Of a stretch of 16,552 nt of DNA, positions 1 through 9,689 are shown in pieces. Position 1 is the first letter of the stretch; each line of letters starts with the position of its first letter. The position numbers and the translations under genes are program-made. Under the pieces are notes generated by a model, which ran no database searches, was not told the origin of the DNA, and saw only the letters and a program-made list of their open reading frames with translations. The DNA is taken from contig NW_021825131.1 in the NCBI RefSeq assembly GCF_006345805.1, positions 1-16,552 of the forward strand, written 5' to 3'. Source of the stretch: Octopus sinensis (Eukaryota).

Positions 1-652
1 TGGTGATAGTGGTGGTAGTGGTGGTGGTAGTGGTGGTGGTGGTAGTGGTGGTGGTAGTGGTGGTCGTCGTGATGGGTGGTGGTGGTGGTGGGGTGGTGTT
101 GGTGGTGGTAGTAGTAGTAGTAGTGGTGGTGGTGGTGGTGGTGGTAGTAGTAGTAGTAGTGGTGGTGATGGTGGTGGTGGTAGTAGTAGTGGTGGTGATG
201 GTGGTGGTAGTGGTGGTGGTGATGGTGGTGGTGAAGGTTTTGTGTTAGTGGTGGTGGTGGGTTAGTGGTGGTGGTGGTCGTCGTGATGGGTGGTTGAGGT
301 GGGATGGGTGTTGGTGGTGGTGATGGTGGTGGTGTAGTGGTGTGTGGTGGTGGTGGTGATGGTGGTGGGTGTTAGTGGTGTGGTGGTGTTAGTGGTTGGT
401 GGTGGTGTTGTGGTGGTGGTGGTGGTGGTTGGTGATCGTGGTGGGTCGGTGATCGTGTGGTGGTGGTGATGTGGTGGTGGTTGTGGTGGTGGGGTGGTGG
501 TGGTTGTGGTGATCGTGGTGGTGGTGATCGTGGTGGTGGTGGTGATCGTGGTGTTATTGGTGGTGTTGGTGGTGGTGATGGTGTTGGTGTTGGTGGTGGT
601 GATGGGTGATGGTGGTGGTGATCGTGGTGTTGGTGGTGGTAGTGGTGGTGGG
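1..652. repeat. Degenerate (GGT)n/(AGT)n/(GAT)n trinucleotide tract
   Basis: Almost continuous ggt/agt/gat triplets; this explains the poly-Val, poly-Pro and poly-His ORFs. Confidence 0.95.
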
Positions 653-689
653 CAGATTCTAATAGTAGATGAGATAGTACCTGTGATAT

Positions 690-1015
690 CCTACTTTTTC
701 TTCTTCTCCTCCCCTTCTGCTTCTTCGCCTCTTCCTTTTCTTTCTCCTTCCTCTTTCTTCTCCTTCTTCCTTCTTCTCCTTCCTCTCCTTCCTCTTCTAC
801 TTCTTTTTCTTTTCCTCTTCCTCCCATCCCCTTTTCTTTTTCTCTTCTTCTTCATCCTTTCCTTCCTCTTCTACTTCCTCTTCTTCTCGTACACTTCTCT
901 CCTTCCTCTCCTTCCTCTTCTCCTTCTCCTCCATTACCTCCTCCTCCTCCCTTCATTCCTCTCCTTCTCCTCTTCCCCTTCCCCTCTGTCATTTTATCCT
1001 CTCCCTCTCCTCCAT
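690..1015. repeat. Polypyrimidine (CTT/CCT)n low-complexity tract
   Basis: About 325 nt made almost entirely of C and T on the + strand. Confidence 0.93.
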
Positions 1016-1079
1016 CATATCACAGTTTGTATTATAATCGCGGTCGTCGTTGTTATTGCTGTTGTCGGTAATGGCGATG

Positions 1080-1757
1080 TTGGTGGTGGTAGTGGTGGTG
1101 GTGGTGTTGGAGGAGTTGGCAGTGACGGTGGTGGTGGTTGTGGTGGTAGTGGTAGTTGTGGCAGTAGTGGTAGTGTTGGCGGTAGATGTGGTGGTGGTGG
1201 TGGTTATGGTTGTGATGGTGGTGGCGGTGATGGTGGTGTTGGTAGCGGTGGCGGCGGCGGCGGCAGCGGTGATGTTGGTGTTGTTGGTGGTAGTGGTGGT
1301 ATTGGCGGTGGTGGCGGTAGTGGTGGTGGTGCTGCAGGCGGCGGCGGTGGTGGTGGTGGTGGTGGTAGTAGTGGCGGTGGTAGTAGTGGCGGTTGTAGTA
1401 GTGGCGGTTGTAGTAGTAGTAGCGGTGGTGGTGGTGGTAGTAGTGGCGTTGTTAGTTGTGGCGGTGATGGTGGTGGTGGTGGTGGTAGTAGTAGCGGTGG
1501 TGGTAGTGGTGGTGGTAGTAGTGGCGGTGGTAGTAGTGGCGGTGGTAGTAGTGGCGGTGGTAGTAGTGGCGGTGGTAGTAGTGACGGTTGTAGTAGTAGT
1601 AGTGGTGGTGGTGGTGGTGGTAGTGGCGTTGGTAGTAGTGGCGGTGGTAGTAGTGGCGTTGGTAGTAGTAGCGTTGGTAGTAGTGGCGGTGGTAGTAGTG
1701 GTGGTGGTAGTAGTGGCGGTGGATGTAGTGGCGGTGGTGGTGGTGGTGGCGGCGGCT
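1080..1757. repeat. (GGT/GGC/AGT)n tract with a recurring 15-nt unit GGTAGTAGTGGCGGT
   Basis: Triplet repeat; the 15-mer recurs many times between about 1364 and 1720. Confidence 0.9.
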
Positions 1758-2174
1758 GTATCGTGATGACGTCGAGGAGAGGAGGGGGCGGCACATATAT
1801 ATTTTGGGAAGACGCTAAACGGCTGCACGGCCCCCCCCCCCCGTCCCCCCCGTCTTCCCCCCACCCCCCCGCCCTCGATAAAACTATCAACTTTTTATTT
1901 TCTTTACACTATCCTTCTTTTCTTCTCTTGACAACGAACATATTATGGCGACAAACACACCACCACCACCACCACCACCACCACCACCACCGCATCACGC
2001 CCCCCCCCCTTTAATCCTTAGCCCTTCCCAACCCCTTCCTTTCTCCCCCCCACCCCCACCACCACGACCCCTTCCCCGTTTAAATGCCTGCCTTTTCCAT
2101 CACCAAAATCCTTAAGTATTTTCCCTCTTTATTTCTTTATACATCTTTTATTATAGTTTTTGTTTCAATATATT

Positions 2175-2530
2175 CCGACGTGCCCTTCCCCCACCAATGG
2201 CACGCCGCCCGCCCGCCCGAAAGCCCGCCCGCCTGTTTCCCCCCTTGCTCGCCCACCCACTCGCCTGACCGACCGACCGACCGACCGACCGACCAACCGT
2301 CCTCTTGTTCGTTCGTTCGTTCATTCGTTCGCTCGTTCGCACCCCATCCGCCACTTCCCTACAATTGCCCCCCTTTCGTCCGTTCCCCCCCAACCTTCGC
2401 TTTCGTTATGAGTCGCTGCTGTCGACCCCCATAAAGCGATGTTGCTGATAAAGACGCCATATTATCGCGCTATTGTTAAATGAGTCAGTAAACCGTTATA
2501 AGCGCTTCCATAATCATTCTGTGATGCCGT
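2175..2530. promoter_or_regulatory. CpG-rich promoter-like island
   Basis: CCAAT 2194-2198, tandem CCGCCC GC-boxes ~2205-2233, YY1-like CGCCATATT 2455-2463, AP-1 TGAGTCA 2481-2487, TTATAA 2496-2501, initiator-like TCATTC 2514-2519. Motif matches only. Confidence 0.35.
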
Positions 2531-2855
2531 CGTGTCTTCGCTGACTTTTAATATACTCTCTGAAGAACCAACTCTTGCTTTTCTGAATAAGAAAGGACAT
2601 CGGTTGAGACGGAAGGGGAAGAAAATGGAAGTGTAAATAACGCAAACGGATGAAGACAAAAAACATTGACTATAAGTGTCAGGGTAGACTTGTTCTCATC
2701 ACCTCATCTACAATAAGGTACACACAGATACACACATTATATAATATATCATATATATATATATATATATAGATATATAGATATATAATATATATTATAT
2801 ATATATATCTATATATATATATAATATACCATACCTACATATATGTATGTAGTAT

Positions 2856-2908
2856 GTGCCCCCAGCATGGCCGCGGCTTCGGGCTAAACATTTTTAAGGA
2901 TTTTAGGA
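2856..2908 (+). mobile_element. Isolated 3' tail of a retroposon (SINE/LINE) in a (TA)n tract
   Basis: GTGCCCCCAGCATGGCCGC matches the SINE tails at ~14834 (+) and ~9988-10006 (-). It ends in a short tandem tail (TTTTAAGGA/TTTTAGGA). Confidence 0.6.
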
Positions 2909-2980
2909 TATATATATATATATATTGTATTCTGTGATATAATATGTGACAACTGTGACAATTATTCGTTGCCATAATGA

Positions 2981-3030
2981 GACTCCGAGTTTCGATGTCG
3001 GAGCGAAAAACAGCTCCGGCATCTCGTCAG
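2981..3030 (-). ncRNA. Minimal type I hammerhead ribozyme, intact core
   Basis: Minus strand reads CUGACGA-GAUGCCGGAGC-UGUUUUUC-GCUCCGACAUC-GAAA-CUCGGAGUC: full core, 11-position helix II with one C-A mismatch, short helix III, GUC cleavage triplet. Helix I is poorly formed. Confidence 0.7.
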
Positions 3031-3041
3031 TTAATCGATAA

Positions 3042-3092
3042 CTGACGAAGGTGCCGGGCAGTTTTCCTCCCCGACATCCGAACCTCGGAGTC
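3042..3092 (+). ncRNA. Hammerhead ribozyme motif with a core substitution (GAAC for GAAA)
   Basis: CUGACGA-AGGUGCCGGGCAG-UUUUC-CUCCCCGACAUCC-GAAC-CUCGGAGUC; helix II still pairs at 10 of 13 positions. Confidence 0.55.
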
Positions 3093-3127
3093 TCATTATG
3101 GCAACCGAATAATTGTTATATATTATA

Positions 3128-3521
3128 CTAGCATATCGCCCGGCGTTGCTCCGGTTTGTAAGGGAAATAACTATATAAGCATTTTTAGAGAGTTTATAGC
3201 CAAAAAATAGCAAAAAAATGCATTAAAAATGGAAAAAATTATGGTAAATTTTTTTTTAAATCGTTTACTCATCGTAGACATTTTAGAGAGTTACTTCCCT
3301 TATATAATAGCGAAAAAATGCATTAAAATGGAAAAAAAGATGGTAAATTTTTTTTTAATCGTAGACCTCATCGTAGACGGCGCTTATACCCCAGAAGGGC
3401 CTCGATAATGAATCACGACTATAAATACCCGGTTTTGGTTAAACTGCATCGCAAAATGTGGGAGTAGTTAGAATCTAAATCGTAGGAGACAGACACACAA
3501 CTTCACTTTTATATATAAAGA
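3128..3521 (-). mobile_element. Non-autonomous Helitron, copy 1
   Basis: Minus strand starts TC(TTTATATATAAAAG), ends with a GC-rich hairpin then CTAG, sits between A and T with no TSD, and is the near-identical reverse complement of 8021-8412. Confidence 0.85.
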
Positions 3522-3853
3522 TTTATAGATAAATTCCTCTATTTACATAATATCGAGGTCTCATTCATTCTTTTGCTGTCTTTCCATTACTATTAATTCT
3601 GTTCTTAAAAGGCTCGCTTCGAGAGTTGCATTCTCTCGTATTCGGTACAATGTGTTTAGTTATTTTGGTTGTTTTGACTTTAAGAGTCCCTCCAAGCGTG
3701 TGGCATTTATGTATAGTAATGCCCTCAATATAAATAAATATATTTAAGAGAAAAATTAATGGATTTTTTCCTTATGAGGTTTTTCATGCTAACTACTTGA
3801 TAAATTCTTATAAAGATTTTGTCCTATTTTTAAATTGTAAATTTAACCGAAGT

Positions 3854-4436
3854 ATATTCGGAAACGAGAAAATCTTCGATAAGATCAAAATGTTAACAGA
3901 AGAAATGACTGATAGTTATGTGCAGACCCTTCTGAAGTTCCAAGTGTTATGCATACAAAATTTCCTGCGAATCTCATGGCTTTAGGGGTTGTCAGCAATG
4001 AAGGACATATGATGCCTCCTTACTTCTTTCCACAAGGCCTTAGAGTTAACTCTGCTGCCTACATTGAGGTCCAGGAAATAATTAAGCCCTGGATAGACAG
4101 TGTATGCAATGGAAGGCCATATGTGTTTCAGTAAGACTCTGCACTATCACACATGGCTCTAGTAACACAGCAATGGATGGCTGGAAATTTTCATGATCAC
4201 ATAACCCCTAACATTTTACCCCCCAATTCCACAGATCTCAATCCATTGGACTATTACATGTGGAGCGTTGTTGAGAGAGAGGTCAATGAACAGCCCATAA
4301 CACCAAAAATTCTTTGAAAGTGGCCATAATCAGAATAATGTCCAAAATAAACCAGGACCACTGGATTCGAGCATGTAGATGATTTAGATCTCATACAGAA
4401 GTAGTTATTGAAGCTGTGGTTGGATTTATTGAATAA
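3854..4436 (+). pseudogene. Decayed Tc1/mariner-superfamily transposase, DD37D (maT-type) catalytic domain
   Basis: Hand translation across stops and frameshifts: IFGNEKIFD/DQNVNRRND**LCADPSEVPSVMHTKFPANLMALGVVSNEG...PYVFQ*DSALSH...PPNSTDLNPLDYYMWSVVEREVNEQP/HNTKNSLK...IRACR*FRSHTEVVIEAVVGFIE*. There are 37 residues between D (4135-4137) and D (4249-4251). At least four stops and two frameshifts; no TIRs or N-terminal domain seen. Confidence 0.9.
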
Positions 4437-4487
4437 CATTATAGAAAAGAAGGTTCGAAATGTCCCCAGGTTCAAAATTTCCCCAAG

Positions 4488-4529
4488 ACACTCTGAAGGC
4501 TGGAGGGTATATCAGCCGAAACGTTGTAT
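4488..4529 (+). ncRNA. Degenerate minimal hammerhead-like motif
   Basis: ACAC-UCUGAA-GGCUG-GAGGGUAUAU-CAGCC-GAAAC-GUU-GUAU: perfect 5-bp helix II followed by GAAAC and the palindrome AACGUU, but the CUGANGA box is damaged. Confidence 0.4.
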
Positions 4530-5322
4530 TAACAACAAACAAGATGAGAACAAAGGTTCATTTTTATCGATAAAGTTATTATCTGTTATTATCTTACGCA
4601 CCCTATATGTAATGATATGTAAATGTAAGATCCAAGGATCAAGGTGTAGGAAGTTAGTAAGCTTCGAGAAATCCGTAGAAGTTACACAAAACATCTTTCA
4701 GGAACAATAATAGATTACTGTCCTAGAAGGTTTTAGGTTTTCGCCATATAATCCGAAAAATGTTATTTTATAGTTCACGGTCAGAAACTAGGGTTGCTAT
4801 GAATGCAAATGAAAATCCAAATTGAAACAATGAAGCAGATAAAATCTAGTCTACATACGTTTCTTAGCAAGCATATCCTCTAAAGTAATAATTACTCAAC
4901 AAATATGTTTTTGCTGATAAGGTCTTAATAACACTGAAACATACCCCGAGTCATTTCTTTCTGCTTGTTCAAATAATTGTAAATAATTGTAAATACTATT
5001 AGTCGGTGAATATTTTGTCATAGTTTCAATGTTATATTCTCTATACTGAGACAGACTCACCGTGACGTTCCGGTTGAAAAAGTTTATTAAAGTTTATCGA
5101 TCGGGTTTACACCACTTTTATCAACCTTCTTTTTATCCAATCAGCTGGGTTGTTAAGCAGGAGATTACGGTCAACGATAATTTCCAAACAAACCGTGAAA
5201 AGGAATCAAACCTGATTTCTCATGATTTGAAAAGCGAGCGTTTTTTTAAGGTGTCGATAATAGCTGAGACGATTGTAAACATATAGGGAGATTTATTTAA
5301 GATTATCAGGGCTCGTTATTGA

Positions 5323-5672
5323 TGGAGAAGAAGGAGGAGGGAGAAGAAGAAGAGGAAGAGAGGAGGAGGATGGAGAAGATGAAGAAGAAGAAGAAGAGGA
5401 AGAAGATGAAGGAGAGGAAGAAGATGAAGGAGATGAAGAAGAAGAAGAAGAAGAAGAAGAATATTAATAAGAATAAGAAGAAGAATAAGAAGATGAATCA
5501 GAAGAAGAAGAGAAGAAGAAGAAGAGAAGAAGAAGATGAGGCAAAGATAGAAGAGAGAAGAAGAATTAAGAAGAAAGAAGAAAGAAAGAAGAAGGAGAGA
5601 AGAAGAAAAGAAGAAGAAGAAGATGAAGAAGAAGAAGAAAGAAAGAAAGAAGGAGGAGAAGAAGAAGAAGAA

Positions 5673-5704
<32 letters not shown>

Positions 5705-5722
5705 AGAAGAACAACAACAACA
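5323..5722. repeat. (GAA/GAG)n polypurine microsatellite
   Basis: About 400 nt of gaa/gag triplets; source of the K/E-rich and F/L-rich ORFs. Confidence 0.95.
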
Positions 5723-5823
5723 AATGAACGACGATAAATGAGGTCAATGACTGTCAGATAGTTGATGTGTCATAACTAAATTAGGGAGGACATCAATTAA
5801 TTAGGATTGTAATTGAGTAGAAC

Positions 5824-6050
5824 GGTGGTGGTGGTGGTGGTGGTGGCGGCGGCGGTGGCAGTGGTGGTGATGGTGGTAGTGGCGGTTGTGGTGGTGGTGG
5901 TGGTGAGTTTCGTGATGACAGTGCTGCTGCTCATCATCACATGGTTGCGATGATGATGGTGACGGTGGTGACGGTGGTGACGGTGGTGATGATGGTGGTG
6001 GTGGTGGTGGTGGTGGTGGTGGTGGTGGTGGTGGTGGTGGTGGTAGTAGT
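5824..6050. repeat. Interrupted (GGT)n/(GAT)n tract
   Basis: Direct inspection. Confidence 0.9.
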
Positions 6051-6412
6051 GTTGGTTTGGGTCGTAGCAGTAATTACGTTGGTGCTGATAAATAAGGGTA
6101 TTTTTGGATTTTCGCGGTGACGGCGACGGTGGTGGTGGTTTAACCCTGGGCTGGCCTTGATCCATCACACACAAGCATAATCAACTTCGTTTCCAGTCAC
6201 AGTCCTCCCACGTGACACGTTGCATTATGCTTTATTTGTCTTGCTATATTATGTTGGAAGAATCTAGCAGTGTGACGTCACTGGAACTGTAAAAATCTGT
6301 AAAACTTTCCAGAAGTTTATCATTTAAATATATATATATGAGCATGTCTAGATATGTAACTATAGGCATGGGAATATATACACAAAACAAAACATATAAG
6401 TCTGCACTTATG

Positions 6413-7250
6413 CATACATACATACATACATACATGCATACATACATACATACATACATACATACATACATACATACATACATACATTACTACATACATA
6501 CATATATATACATTCATACATATATATACATACATTCATACATACATACATACATACATACATACATACATACATACATGCAATACATACATACATACAT
6601 ACATACATACATACATACATACATACATACAAACATACATTCATACATACATACATACATACATACATGCATATACACACATACACTACAGACATACATA
6701 CATGCATACATACATACATACATACATACATGCATACATGCATGCATACATACATATAAACATACATACATACATACATATATACCTACATACATACATA
6801 CATACATACATACATACCTACATACATACATACATACATACATACATACATCATACATACTGCATACATGCATACATGCATGCATACATATAAACATACA
6901 TACATACATACATACATACATGCATACACACATACATACATACATACATACATACATACATACATACATACATACACACATACATACATACATACATACA
7001 TACATACATAACTACATATATACACACATACACACACGCATACATACACAAATACATTTATACATACAAAAATATCCTGTTGTTGGTGTTGAAATTCCAA
7101 TGAAGGAGCCTTGGATCTAGGTTAGAAACCGGTTCATTCTCTATTGGCAAGTAATCTTGAATTGAAACTGAACAACGACATACATACATACATACATACA
7201 TACATACATACATACATACATACATACATACATACATACATACACACATA
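6413..7250. repeat. (TACA)n microsatellite with a ~110-nt non-repetitive island at ~7070-7178
   Basis: Direct inspection; source of the HTYI/MYVC ORFs. Confidence 0.95.
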
Positions 7251-7696
7251 ATTGCATCGTGTTTTAGGTCTACACGATATGAATACACACAAACTCACAT
7301 GCGTATAGAAGCGTACGTGTGTATATATATACACTATATCTACCAGTAAATCTACACATTTGCGTATAATCCCTCCCACACGTGGTTCTTACATCTAATT
7401 AGCAATGTCTCAACACACGACATTCATTTCGCTAATAAATCGTTCTCTTTAAATCTTCGTTCATCGATTATTTTCGATAATGAAGACAAGATTGATCCTT
7501 GGAATAACCAAAAACAGAAGAAACAAAAAAAAAATACAAATATTTTCTGCTGGAATTAATTGACACTCAACAAAAATCACTACGCATACGACAGATTGAT
7601 ATTAATTGGAAGAATTCATAAATAAATTATAAATACGCAGAGAAATGTAACTTCGTGATGTTGGTGTTGGCGGGGGGAGTGCAGAAATATCACAAA

Positions 7697-7728
7697 ATAC
7701 ACACACACACACATACACACACACACAC

Positions 7729-7759
<31 letters not shown>

Positions 7760-8020
7760 TGAAGACATATACACGCATACACATGCATACATTATTCATA
7801 CAAATATATGCATTTATATGAGTCTGTCTATCTGTCAATCTATCTATCTATATATATCCATCCCTCCCTTTCTCTCCCTCTGTATGTATATATGTATATA
7901 TACATACACACACACATATACACATATATGTGTGTGTGTATACGTACATATATGTAAATATATACATATAAATATACGTATATATATATATGTATATATA
8001 TTTACATATATATATATATA
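7697..8020. repeat. Mixed (CA)n/(TA)n/(TG)n microsatellite region
   Basis: Direct inspection. Confidence 0.88.
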
Positions 8021-8412
8021 TCTATAAATATAAGAGAAGTTGTGTGTCTGTCTCCTACGATTTAGATTCCTAACTACTCCCACATTTTGTGGTGCAGTTT
8101 AACCAAAACCGGGTATCTTATAGTCGTGATTCATATCGAGCCATTCTGGGTATTAGCGCGCGTCTACGATGAGTCTACGATTTTTAAAAAATTACCATAA
8201 TTTTTTTCCATTTTAATGCATTTTCGCTATTATATAAGGGAAGTAACTCTCTAAAAATGTCTACGATGAGTCAACGAATTAAAAAAAAATTTAACATAAT
8301 TTTTTTTCCATTTTTAATGCATTTTTTTGCTATTTTTTGGCTATAACTCTCTAAAAATGCTTATATAGTTATTTCCCTTACAAACCCGAGCAACGCCGGG
8401 CGATACTGCTAG
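8021..8412 (+). mobile_element. Non-autonomous Helitron, copy 2
   Basis: 5' TC at 8021 after A; hairpin CCCGAGCAACGCCGGG at 8385-8400; CTAG at 8409-8412 followed by T; inserted in (TA)n; contains an internal ~100-bp tandem duplication. Confidence 0.88.
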
Positions 8413-8534
8413 TATATATATATATATATGTACGTATTCTTCTGGTCATTCATCATGTTAAACTGTTAATCCCTACATGCTTTTATCCTCTTTCCGTCTT
8501 TTACTTTCTCTGTCCCTTTTTTTCCCCTCTCATC

Positions 8535-8572
8535 CTTTTCTGTCGAAGAGCGTTTGGCGCGCAACGTCAAAG
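8535..8572 (+). ncRNA. Degenerate minimal hammerhead-like motif
   Basis: CUUUU-CUGUCGA-AGAGC-GUUUG-GCGC-GCAAC-GUC-AAAG: hammerhead layout with complementary helix I flanks, but both core boxes carry substitutions. Confidence 0.3.
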
Positions 8573-8678
8573 ACTTTTGCATTCTTCTCGAGCGTCAAAC
8601 TAATACACTATCATGATCAATAAAGTCCAACCTAGCACTGTCTTTATTTGTGTACCGTTAAGCCGGATATGAGGCCAA

Positions 8679-9075
8679 GGGCGGCGAGGTGGCAGAAAAG
8701 TTAGCATGTCGGGCGAAATGCTTAGCAGTATTTCGTCTGCCCTTACGTTCTGAGTTCAAATTCCGCCGAGGTTGACTTTACCTTTCATCCTTTCGGGGTC
8801 GATTAAATAAGTACCATTTACACACTGGGGTCGATGTAATCGACTTAATCCGTTTGTCTTACTTTGTTTGTCCCCTCTATATTTAGCCCCTTGTGGGCAA
8901 TAAAGAAACAGGTATTTCGTCCGTCTTTACGTTGTGAGTTCAAATTCCGCCGAGGTCGACTTTGCCTTCATCCTTTAGGGGTTGATAAAATAAGTACCAG
9001 TTGTGTATTGGGGTCGATCTAATAGACTGGCCCCCGCCTGCGAAATTTCGGGCCTTGTGTCTAGAGTAGAAAAGT
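8679..9075 (+). mobile_element. tRNA-derived SINE (family A), dimeric, with 12-bp TSD
   Basis: Head GGCGGCGAGGTGGCAGAA, B-box GAGTTCAAATTCC at 8752, body GACTTT.CCTTTCATCCTTTCGGGGTCGAT..AAGTACCA. Second unit starts at 8911. ATATGAGGCCAA at 8667-8678 and 9076-9087. Confidence 0.88.
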
Positions 9076-9254
9076 ATATGAGGCCAAAGTATATGAGGCT
9101 ACCGCATATTGGAGAAACGATGAAACATTGTGTTGTGTTACTTCTCGTCGTTATTGCCGCGCGCTTTTCCAGTTGTGAATGTGTGTTTCTGTGTGTGTGA
9201 GAAAGAGTGAGTGAGTGTCTGTGTGTGTACATATGTATCCTTTCTTATGTTCTT

Positions 9255-9429
9255 AGTATGTATATATATATATATATATTATATATATATATATATACAC
9301 ACATACACACACACATATATATATATATATGTTGTACAGAAAGACAGTCTGTAAGATAGACAGTCAGGAAGACAGACAGACAGGCTGATTGAGAGAGAGA
9401 GTGGGTACTAAACAGATAGACAGACAGAC

Positions 9430-9492
<63 letters not shown>

Positions 9493-9650
9493 GGAGAGAG
9501 AGAGAGGAACATATATATACATATACATATATATATGAATATATACATACATCTGTGTCTATAAATACATATATATATATGTATGTATGTATATGCATAC
9601 ATGCACACATATACATACACAACTCTGTTTGTATGTGTGTGTGCGTGTGC
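9255..9650. repeat. Compound (TA)n/(GACA)n/(GATA)n microsatellite
   Basis: Pure (GATA)n at about 9431-9491 with degenerate flanks. Confidence 0.9.
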
Positions 9651-9689
9651 AACCACACGTATATTGCGCACTCTCCTGTCATAGATGAT

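Larger units (their letters stand above)
2958..3116. repeat. 159-bp imperfect palindrome (probable inverted Penelope-type pLTR fragments)
   Basis: Left arm ACAATTATTCGTTGCCATAATGAGACTCCGAG...CGTCAGTTA pairs with right arm TAACTGACG...CTCGGAGTCTCATTATGGCAACCGAATAATTGT around a 5-nt spacer ATCGA. Confidence 0.9.

Noticed and set aside
1-652. Telomeric repeat at the window start
   Set aside because: The unit is GGT, not a TTAGGG-type array.
3-2014. Long ORFs (506 aa +, 291 aa Thr-rich -, poly-Val, poly-Pro) as genes
   Set aside because: Triplet repeats lack stops in most frames, and overlapping ORFs on both strands with no domain content indicate an artefact. Only the 1026-1770 frame is kept as a weak lead.
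2267-2339. Hairpin between the (GACC)n and (GTTC)n arrays
   Set aside because: They are not reverse complements; every unit would carry a C-T mismatch.
2560-2600. CTGAAGA here (and near 15095) as further hammerhead cores
   Set aside because: No helix II followed by GAAA and an NUH triplet could be built.
5316-5747. K/E-rich and F/L-rich ORFs
   Set aside because: Both are translations of the (GAA)n tract.
8679-8765. tRNA genes at SINE heads
   Set aside because: Pol III boxes are present but no cloverleaf forms, and each head continues into a SINE body.
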